From Synechococcus sp. (GTDB lineage Bacteria > Cyanobacteriota > Cyanobacteriia > Thermostichales > PCC-7336): DNA of 64,000 bases. Location: positions 28,100 through 92,099 of the forward strand of contig JBFRWN010000082.1 of NCBI GenBank assembly GCA_051439605.1, read 5' to 3'. Both the position numbers and the translations under genes were made by a program. Under the pieces are notes generated by a model. The model made no database searches, was not told the DNA's origin, and saw only the letters and a program-made list of their open reading frames with translations. This document shows positions 40,938 to 48,869 of this stretch, piece after piece (within the stretch, counting starts at the first letter, position 1; each line of letters opens with the position of its first letter).

Positions 40938-41923
40938 TGTAACTTACCTAGGCTGGTGCCGGCATCGCGGATGGGTTGGTAGTTACTGCCATCGGAGGCC
41001 ACAAACCCGGTGTAGTTAGGGGGCAATAACGTCTCTGCCTCTTCCGTCGAAATGCTCACCAGTGCCTCTTGCAGTGCTGTTTTGATCTCGTCGGGAAGTC
41101 CCCCGCGCACCACGATCGGGTCGTTGGGCAATGGAGCTGACTGCCAGACGATCTTGAGATCGTCCCGTTCGATACGTCCGGTGCTGTCTAACACGTCCAG
41201 ATTGCGATCGTAGTCTGAGGCAATATCTACTTGGTCGCTGAGCACGGCGATCGCCTGGGCGGCGTGACTGGCCCCTTCGTTGTAGTCAAAAGTAGATTTG
41301 GGATCCACCTCAAGGCGCAGAAATTCAGCGCTGGGGATCAACCATCCTGAGGTAGACCCGACATCCGCCAGACTGAGTTTGAGCGGTTCCTCTCCAGTTT
41401 CGCTGAGGGAAATGGCTTCTTCAATCGAGTCAAAAGGGGCGTCTGCCTTCGCCATCAGAACCGAGAAATAAATCGGCTGTTCGTTATATTTCACTGTGGC
41501 GATCGCCTCTAGGGAAGGTTCGTTGTGTTCCGCGAGCACGTATCCCCAAGGCCCCAACCAAGCCACATCCAGCGTACCGGAGCGCAGAGCCTCGGAAATC
41601 CCAATCCAATCTTCGGTGACCACAACTTTGGCCTCTACACCAGCGGCAGCAGCAATTTCTTCAAACAGCGGCTCAAACTGAGCCCGAGTTTCGTTGGGGG
41701 TGGGGAAATAGGGACCAACGCCAAACTCTAACACTTCCAGCTCTTCTTCTTTCTGGGAATCGGCAGCTAGAGTACTGCTGTCAGGAGCCTGAGTGGTTGG
41801 GGAACCACTGCAACCCACCAGGACTACCGCCGCCACGAGTCCGGTGGCAATCCTCCCCCAAGCAGAAGAAGGTTTAGAGTTTGCCAAATTTAGTTGAAAC
41901 ATATGCACCTTACGTTCGTTCAC
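40934..41923 (-). CDS. phnD: PhnD/PtxB/HtxB-family substrate-binding lipoprotein (HtxB-like)
   Basis: Lipobox VLVGC; WLGPWGYVL, ATVKY, STSGWLIP, SDYDR and LPND motifs. Confidence 0.88.
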   Translation of the reverse strand: MNERKVHMFQLNLANSKPSSAWGRIATGLVAAVVLVGCSGSPTTQAPDSSTLAADSQKEEELEVLEFGVGPYFPTPNETRAQFEPLFEEIAAAAGVEAKVVVTEDWIGISEALRSGTLDVAWLGPWGYVLAEHNEPSLEAIATVKYNEQPIYFSVLMAKADAPFDSIEEAISLSETGEEPLKLSLADVGSTSGWLIPSAEFLRLEVDPKSTFDYNEGASHAAQAIAVLSDQVDIASDYDRNLDVLDSTGRIERDDLKIVWQSAPLPNDPIVVRGGLPDEIKTALQEALVSISTEEAETLLPPNYTGFVASDGSNYQPIRDAGTSLGKLQ

Positions 41924-42031
41924 ATGATGAAACAGCGATCGCGCGCAACTCCAATTCCGGATCGCTAAGCCTTCCAGCCAACCCCTACAATCTGCATCGT
42001 CTGTCTCCTAACAGAGCGCGGCAGGAATTCC

Positions 42032-42943
42032 CTAAACGGCAGAGGCAGCGCTAAACGGGGGGGCTGGTAGCCGCTGACGCACAGCCTGTTCCTGCGGCGG
42101 CAGGATTTCCGCACAAGTGGTCCAAACCCCCGAACGCAAGCTATCGCAAAACTCTTCTGGCAACCCCTCAGCTCGCATTGCTGCAATTGCCGCCGAGGTG
42201 TCGTAGTCCATGGCCACAAACTTGGGCTGTGGAGCTTCCGCCCCTGCCGGAAACTCCAACAGGGCGAAGTAGACGTGGGGTTGACCGTCGTGGGGAGGGC
42301 GCCCCAGGACCCCTACATTGCACCAGAAGCCATTGCCCACTTTGCGCGTCCAGGGCAAACCGGAATGGGTGGCGCAAATTCCCTGTACCCCAAATTCATG
42401 CAGCCACCATTCAATCCGGGCATTCTCCGTTTCCGTTTCCCAGACAAACTCGTTCACCTGTTCGGGGCTGCCGTGGCACAGCAGGATCTTTGCCGATCGC
42501 CATTGAATTTCAATCAGTTGGGGCAGTTGTTTCAACCAGGTGCGATTGGCTGCAGAGGTGTTGGCCACCGTGTAGTCGTAGCTAATTTGAGCAAACTCCC
42601 GATCTCGGGGGTTAGTATAACCGCAGCCGCAATCCCGCTCGCCATATCCTACGGCTCGATCGTAATTCCCCTGCAGGACGATGGTGCCCGAGTCCCGCAG
42701 CAGGTCAATGGTGCGATCGGGAAAAGCCCCAAAGCCCCCCATGTCTCCCAAACAGAAACGGTGGCTAACTAAAGAGGTCTCGCTCAAAAATTGCTGTACG
42801 GCCATAAAGTTGCTGTAGGGTCCACCACAGAGGGCAATCGAAGTAGTGTCTTCTGGAATCGTCACCAGCAGCTTGCGCACCACCTCCGGCTGAGTCGGTA
42901 AAGTGCAAAGCTCGGTCGCAAATTGGTCAGTTGAGTTGGTCAT
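42032..42943 (-). CDS. Calcineurin-like metallophosphoesterase, GGPYSN variant
   Basis: CLGD, QGNYD, CHGSP, THSG and NVG motifs plus a DCGCGY insert; ATGA overlap with the arsS stop. Confidence 0.85.
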   Translation of the reverse strand: MTNSTDQFATELCTLPTQPEVVRKLLVTIPEDTTSIALCGGPYSNFMAVQQFLSETSLVSHRFCLGDMGGFGAFPDRTIDLLRDSGTIVLQGNYDRAVGYGERDCGCGYTNPRDREFAQISYDYTVANTSAANRTWLKQLPQLIEIQWRSAKILLCHGSPEQVNEFVWETETENARIEWWLHEFGVQGICATHSGLPWTRKVGNGFWCNVGVLGRPPHDGQPHVYFALLEFPAGAEAPQPKFVAMDYDTSAAIAAMRAEGLPEEFCDSLRSGVWTTCAEILPPQEQAVRQRLPAPPFSAASAV

Positions 42944-44031
42944 GCTTCCGTTGCCCCTCCACAAGAACTACCTGCCCCTGCCGTACAGCCAAAACAATGG
43001 CGGTCGGTGACAATCTGCCGTTCGGCAAACTGCTGCGGGTCAAAGTCACGAACGGTGGTGCGATCGCCATTTGACAACTGTGCCTCTAAATCCAGCATTT
43101 GGTTGAAATCGCAATCGAAAATCCGGCCATCCCAGCCAATCGACGCTGTATTGCGGCACATCAGGCCATCCACAGTGCCGGAATTAAAGGAATTCACCAA
43201 CAGCTCCATGTACCCCTGCAAATTGCCCGTTTCTTCCAGCCATTCCAGAAATCGGGAGATGGGCATGTTGTTGAGGGCAATTAAGCGATCGAAGGTCACT
43301 CCGTGATTTCGCTCTAAACCGCGTTTCCATTCGCGTTCTGCCTGCTGCTGGTCGGTGAATAAAAAGGCCCCCACCGGATTGGTCATGAGAGTCAGCCGTC
43401 TGTGGGGATTCCCCTGACCGTAGCCCACTTCATTCAGGCGTTTCAGCGCCTGAATGGATTTTTCGTAGGTGCCATCCCCCCTCTGTTTATCGGTGTTTCG
43501 CTTGCGGTAGTGGGGTAGCGAGCAAACAATTTCGACGTTGCGTTCTGCCAACCACTCGGGCAAGTCTTGCATCCCCGGCAGCAGCAATACGGTTAGATTG
43601 CAGCGATCGATGACATGCTTGCCGCGCTTCGCACATTCATTCACCAAATAACGGAAATGGGGGTTCATCTCTGGTGCCCCCCCCGTGATGTCCACTGTGT
43701 GAGCAGAGGTACGATCGAGGGCGGCCAAGCAAGCGTCCACCGTAGTCCGATCCATGTTTTCGCGGGTGCGATCGGGACCGGCGTCCACGTGGCAGTGGCG
43801 GCAAGTCATATTACACAGCTTGCCGATATTGATTTGAAAGATCTCTAGTTGGGTGGGGGTGAGGGGAAACCGATCGCAACTCTGCAACGCCGCCTGAAAA
43901 TCATCCACCTGTTTTGCCCTGGAGAGATCGAGCCTCTGCAAGTCATGCAATTGCCGTTCGGGGGATGCCAAGGGCGATCGTCTTCTCTGTAAAGAAAGAG
44001 TGCGCTTCGAAGTGCTCGTTTGCTGGGCCAT
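42940..44031 (-). CDS. arsS: Arsenosugar biosynthesis radical SAM protein (ArsS/DUF3641 family)
   Basis: CNMTCRHC cluster motif, DITGGAPE, NMPISRF, MCRN, DCDFNQML and C-terminal HCFGCTAGAGSSCGG. Confidence 0.9.
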   Translation of the reverse strand: MAQQTSTSKRTLSLQRRRSPLASPERQLHDLQRLDLSRAKQVDDFQAALQSCDRFPLTPTQLEIFQINIGKLCNMTCRHCHVDAGPDRTRENMDRTTVDACLAALDRTSAHTVDITGGAPEMNPHFRYLVNECAKRGKHVIDRCNLTVLLLPGMQDLPEWLAERNVEIVCSLPHYRKRNTDKQRGDGTYEKSIQALKRLNEVGYGQGNPHRRLTLMTNPVGAFLFTDQQQAEREWKRGLERNHGVTFDRLIALNNMPISRFLEWLEETGNLQGYMELLVNSFNSGTVDGLMCRNTASIGWDGRIFDCDFNQMLDLEAQLSNGDRTTVRDFDPQQFAERQIVTDRHCFGCTAGAGSSCGGATEA

Positions 44032-44187
44032 ATCAATGGTTGTTTTGTCGAAGATGAGCGAATGATGTTTTCCTAAAACGGGTTGGATACCTGGTGGAAC
44101 TGCCTGCTAGAAGCTGAGTCTTTCAATTATGTCGCTCTCCCATACCAACCTCTCCTGTGCAAATCTCTCCAGCTCGCCAGGGCAGGT

Positions 44188-44520
44188 CTACATCGTCAGC
44201 TGATTGACGCGATCGAGCATCTGCAAGCCGTGAATTAAGGAGGCCCCTCCGCGAATGGCGGTGGCCACATGCACCGCCTCGGTCATTTCCTCTAAATCCG
44301 ATCCTTGCTGCAAGGACTCCTTTGTATAAGCCTCGATGCAGTAGGGACATTGCACGGCGTGAGAAACCGCCAGTGCAATCAGAGCTTTTTCTCGCTTCGT
44401 CAAGGCAGCCTCCTCAAACACAGCCCCGTAATACCCAAAAAATTTCTCGGCCAGCTCGGGGTTACCTTCGCCAATTTGGCTGAAATTGGGGAGATGTTCG
44501 GCCTTGTAGTAATCGTTCAT
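44188..44520 (-). CDS. AhpD/CMD-family CxxC protein (arsenosugar-cluster peroxidase-like protein)
   Basis: KFFGYYGAVF, LTKREKALIALAV, AVQCPYCI and AIRGGASLIHG; directly upstream of arsS. Confidence 0.88.
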   Translation of the reverse strand: MNDYYKAEHLPNFSQIGEGNPELAEKFFGYYGAVFEEAALTKREKALIALAVSHAVQCPYCIEAYTKESLQQGSDLEEMTEAVHVATAIRGGASLIHGLQMLDRVNQLTM

Positions 44521-44655
44521 AGCAACGTAACGATGCGAAGATGTTGGGCAATGTAGGGTCAATCGGTACCGGTGGCGATCGCAAAAGGTCGAGGAACCAA
44601 CCAGAATCACAACAGCACTGATAACCAGTTGTACACAACACGTCCATAGCTGTCT

Positions 44656-44700
44656 AAGCTACACCACACTTTGGTCTCAGGCCTGAGACGTTCCTGAGAG
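44656..44700 (-). promoter_or_regulatory. Candidate promoter/operator of the ahpD-arsS-phn unit
   Basis: Perfect 16-bp palindrome GTCTCAGGCCTGAGAC (44674-44689), CCTGAGA repeated 11 bp apart, and a -10-like TAGCTT on the minus strand (44661-44656). Confidence 0.45.
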
Positions 44701-44839
44701 TTTTCCAATCAATCCGCCACCCCCACAACAAGAATCACCCCCACCTAGTTAAAGGTAGAGGCGATCGAATAGAGCGACCTCGCTGCATTGGTTGCTAAAC
44801 GGTAGAGTTTGCAGAGCTAACTACTTTGCTCTAAAGACC

Positions 44840-47800
44840 TTACGGACAGGTTCTCACCCCCGACGTCCCCGCCACCGGCGAAAAGCCTGGGATATTAATA
44901 GTATTCAAGCTGTCGTTGTTGTCTGCACTCAAATCCGGAAGGGAAGTGAACCCAACGATTTCGACTGCTTGGGTAAAGCTCACGATGCTCAAGTCAAAGC
45001 TCGATGGGTCAGGAGTATTGCTGGTGTTACCAGATAAATCGATACAAATGTTGCCGCCATTACTTTCATTGAAGTAGAAACTACTGGAGTTGGACGCCAC
45101 AGTCACGATGTTATTTGAAACTGTTGCGCCAACATACGAATATCCATCGGAGCTGACCTGCACACCACTCGAATATTCATTGGTGGTTACGGTATTGCCA
45201 GTAATGAGAGTGTTGAGCAGGTATGTGTATCCACCTCCGGAAGTATTTCCTCCCTCTATCAAAATACCGTCAGAGTATTCCATGGTGGTCGTAATTGTAT
45301 TGCCCGTAATGACCGTGTTCTCAATAGTGGCCAAGCCATAGTTACTGCTCGCATACACACCTATTCCTGGCGACCCGTTACCGTTGGTGGTCACGGTGTT
45401 ACCGGCGATTGTCGTATTGTTTATCGATGCGGAAGCGTAGAAGTCTGATGTAGCCGCGACTTGTATACCGGGGGCGTCGACACCGTTAGTAGTTACGCTG
45501 TTGCCAGAAATCGTTGTGTTGTTGATTTCTACGAAAGCGTAGCCTGCATCGGCCACAACTTGAAGACCGGCAGAGTAACCACCGTTAGTCGTGACCGTAT
45601 TGCCCGTAATGACTGTGTCTTCGATGCTGGTCGAACCATAATAGATGTCTGCAAAAACTCCTATTCCTAGCGATCCGTAACCGTTGGTCGTCACGGTGTT
45701 ACCAGAGATTCTTGTATCGTTTATCGCCGTGGAAGCGAAGTAGGTGTTGGTTACAACTTCAATACCGGCGGAATAGTTTCCATTGGTAGTAACAGTGTTG
45801 CCAGAAATCGTGGTTTCATTAATATCGATAGAACCGGTATAAGCTCCATACGCTTCCACTTCGATACCCGAAACAGCTGTACTATCAGTTGTTACCTCGT
45901 TGCCCGAAATATTGGTTTTGCTTACTATCACATTGGAGTCATAGGCGGCAAAAAACTCAGCCGCAATACCCGCAGAAGTATATGTAGGCTCAACGTAGGC
46001 TCCACCCCCCCCTCCCTCAGTCAAGGTAATGGTATTGCCCGAAATAGTGCTGTTGGTGACGGTAATTTCAGCATCATAGTTGCCCGATCCCCTCAATAAG
46101 ATTCCATCTGCATAGATGCCAGAACCCTGAATGGAATTTCTGGAAATATCGGTCTCCCGCAAAACCATCTGCCCCTCGCCACTCAACAGGTTAATGGCGA
46201 TGCCAGCAGAAGAGCTCTGGCCGCTCGAAATACTATTGTTAATAATTGTCGTGCCATCTAAGGTCAATGACGCGGAATTTAAAGAGGTCTCTTCCGCCCC
46301 GCTCAAGATAGAGCCATTCAACTCAACGCCAGTTGCGTCCTCTACACCATTCGTTGAAATCGTATTGCCGGTAATGGTGGTTTGTCTGACTGTCACCTCG
46401 GTGGAACCAGCCGTACCCTCATAAGGTCTAGCGGATGCAATGATTTGAATGCCAACGCTGCTCTCGTTATCCTTACTGGTAATCGTGTTTCCGCTGATAG
46501 TTGTTCCAGTGACTGTGCTCGCACTTCTGTTGCTACCCGTGGGATTGATGGCAATAGCAGTGTTCCCAATACCGGTAAACCGATTGAGTCCGTTACCAGA
46601 GACCGAATTTCCCGTAACGGTCAGATTGTTGATATTAACCGAGCCACCATCTATGGCATACGCTGCTGTTGCAATACCAGCACCCGTTCCGCCACTAGCA
46701 GAAATGGTGTTTCCAGACACGGTCAGGTTATTAATGCTGGCCGAACCACCGCCATAGGCAGCCGCCGTTGTTACTATTCCAGAGCTATATCCACCACCAA
46801 CAGAAAGGGTATTTCCAGAAATGATGGCTCCGTTCAAGTCTGCATTCGTTTGAGAAATCTCGATACCAGCACTTCCAAAGAAGGGGTTACTCGTCAGCGA
46901 GAGGGTATTGTCAGTAATTTCGGCATTGGCGATCGCGTTATTTAGCTGAATGCCAGTGGCGTCAACCGTGTTGATTTTGTTGTTGGTGATGGTAAAGTCA
47001 CTTACCCCCTGCGCCAGCACCCCTGGATCGCCGGGGGAAGGTTGAGGGTCGATCTGCACATCCAGTTGAGGTTGGATATCAAACCCGGACAACACCGTTT
47101 GATTGCCCATGGTGACAGTCCCCACCACCAAAGGAAAATCACCATTGCCCGAAGTTGGCAACAATACATCTGACAGCGTTACGTCGCCAAGACCAGCAAC
47201 TTGCGCATCAATGAACTGCTGCGGTCCAGCAGATAATACCCGGACACCATCGGGGATGGTAAAGGCCGGAATGATGTCATTGCCTAGGGCGACAAACACG
47301 ATGTCGTTACCTTCCCCAGCTGTGGCATCCAGACCCTCCTGCACTGTGGCAAACGGATCTTCAACAGAGCCATCGCTGTTGCCCCCTGCGGTTACGTGGG
47401 TAAAGAACCACGGCTCACCGGTGTCGGGGTTGAGGGCAGGACCAGACGCCACCACCGTTTCCACATCCCGCTGGTGGTCCACCACCACGCTATCGATGCG
47501 GGCAACTGGGTCATCCAATCTGGCAAACACATCTCCAGCGGCGGCGATCGCCTCCCGTTCTTCTGCCGTAGGGGCGATCGCTTTAGGATCGGGCAGATGA
47601 GCGGTGACCCCAAAAAATACCCGCGTACCGAACACGTCATCCCCCTGCACCCCCACCCCAAACTCCATTCCTTCCACCGGAGTCAGGGCCAATCGACCGC
47701 GACCGCCAACCGCGCTGACGTCATCGCCACCCAAGTAATACAAACCGCCAAATAGTTCTAGATTGCCGTGGTCGTTCCAGCGGAAAATACTGCCTCCCGC

Positions 47801-48448
47801 CTCAACGTCAAAGCCCCCCAGCGCGACTTCACTCTCTTCCCAGATTGTGTTTTCAGCGGTGAGCTGCAGCGATCGCCCCTGAAATTCCGTATTGGTAATG
47901 CTAAAACCCGTTTCAAAGCGATCCGTCTGCTGCTTGGTGTCGCCAACCGGAATGTATCCGTTCGCGCGAATATCGAACTGCCCCAATCGTTCAAATCCAA
48001 AGCCAATTTGAGGAAAGACGCTTTCCCCGGTATCTCGGACATCTAGGGAAACATATCCCCCTAAAATGCGATCTCGTTCTTCGCTGAAATTGCGATAGCC
48101 AAAGAGTAAGTTTCCCCCCACTCGACTTTCATCATCAAAATCTATACGTAGCTTGGGATAGAGATAAAAGGTCGATCTGCCTGGTTGTTGCAGAATGGGA
48201 AAAAATGCATCGCCGGAAATAAACGCATCCGTTCCGCCGCTCTCAGAATCGAAGTTGCCTCGGAAGCGCGGACGTAACCTCAGCAATTCTGCAGATGTTT
48301 CCACCGTAAGGGTTTCGGCCTCTACAGGGCCCTCTTCCCGAGATTCATCGGTAATATCTTGGGCCAGACCAGACGTAAAAAACAGCGGTAAGTTCAGCAT
48401 TAACGTCAGGGCAAATGCTGGTGCAGTTTTCAGAATAGATCTGGTCAT
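44840..48448 (-). CDS. Large surface protein: N-terminal inverse-autotransporter-like beta-barrel plus right-handed parallel beta-helix repeats
   Basis: Signal peptide; amphipathic beta strands (GGNLLFGYR, FDIRANGYIPVG, GFDVEAG); DGSVEDPFATVQ; many ISGNTVTTN...SxGI repeats. Confidence 0.85.
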   Translation of the reverse strand: MTRSILKTAPAFALTLMLNLPLFFTSGLAQDITDESREEGPVEAETLTVETSAELLRLRPRFRGNFDSESGGTDAFISGDAFFPILQQPGRSTFYLYPKLRIDFDDESRVGGNLLFGYRNFSEERDRILGGYVSLDVRDTGESVFPQIGFGFERLGQFDIRANGYIPVGDTKQQTDRFETGFSITNTEFQGRSLQLTAENTIWEESEVALGGFDVEAGGSIFRWNDHGNLELFGGLYYLGGDDVSAVGGRGRLALTPVEGMEFGVGVQGDDVFGTRVFFGVTAHLPDPKAIAPTAEEREAIAAAGDVFARLDDPVARIDSVVVDHQRDVETVVASGPALNPDTGEPWFFTHVTAGGNSDGSVEDPFATVQEGLDATAGEGNDIVFVALGNDIIPAFTIPDGVRVLSAGPQQFIDAQVAGLGDVTLSDVLLPTSGNGDFPLVVGTVTMGNQTVLSGFDIQPQLDVQIDPQPSPGDPGVLAQGVSDFTITNNKINTVDATGIQLNNAIANAEITDNTLSLTSNPFFGSAGIEISQTNADLNGAIISGNTLSVGGGYSSGIVTTAAAYGGGSASINNLTVSGNTISASGGTGAGIATAAYAIDGGSVNINNLTVTGNSVSGNGLNRFTGIGNTAIAINPTGSNRSASTVTGTTISGNTITSKDNESSVGIQIIASARPYEGTAGSTEVTVRQTTITGNTISTNGVEDATGVELNGSILSGAEETSLNSASLTLDGTTIINNSISSGQSSSAGIAINLLSGEGQMVLRETDISRNSIQGSGIYADGILLRGSGNYDAEITVTNSTISGNTITLTEGGGGGAYVEPTYTSAGIAAEFFAAYDSNVIVSKTNISGNEVTTDSTAVSGIEVEAYGAYTGSIDINETTISGNTVTTNGNYSAGIEVVTNTYFASTAINDTRISGNTVTTNGYGSLGIGVFADIYYGSTSIEDTVITGNTVTTNGGYSAGLQVVADAGYAFVEINNTTISGNSVTTNGVDAPGIQVAATSDFYASASINNTTIAGNTVTTNGNGSPGIGVYASSNYGLATIENTVITGNTITTTMEYSDGILIEGGNTSGGGYTYLLNTLITGNTVTTNEYSSGVQVSSDGYSYVGATVSNNIVTVASNSSSFYFNESNGGNICIDLSGNTSNTPDPSSFDLSIVSFTQAVEIVGFTSLPDLSADNNDSLNTINIPGFSPVAGTSGVRTCP

Positions 48449-48869
48449 GATGGGACTCCTCACTCATGCCCGAGACTATCGAAGATGGCACTCTCTCCAG
48501 AGTTTTATTGCCAAGAAGTTAACAGTTTTTACGAACACTTTAAGTCACCTTAAAGGTTCGATATTTTATCAGCTGATTATTCCTTGTTTATACTTAGGAA
48601 CCCAGAATTGTTTTTACCAGTATCAATATAGAGATCGGTTCATATTTGTGCTGCATTAGCGTTCAAGACGATCGCGTCAGTCCCTCCAAACTTTGTTTCG
48701 TCAAGCATACGATCGCTGGTTTTTGCTCGTATCACTAACGCTGTTGTCATCTCTGTTACTACAGCACGGACGGGCGCTAAGGGAATCGCTCTATGCCAAT
48801 GGCAGAAGCAGCAGCTTAGGCTACCATCGCACGTAATGTCTTGACCTCCCCACCATCGGAGAATCCCCA

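Noticed and set aside
41924..42031. Pho box / standard phosphonate or phosphite utilisation operon
   Set aside because: No triple PyTTAAPyPy repeat was seen before phnD or the first gene, and there is no phnG-M, ptxD or htxA in the window.
42955..42975. Selenocysteine in the ArsS C-terminal SS(C/U)GG motif
   Set aside because: The codon is TGT (Cys); there is no in-frame TGA.
45090..48659. Several plus-strand ORFs of 70-190 aa opposite the large surface protein
   Set aside because: Antisense shadows produced by biased, repetitive codon usage.
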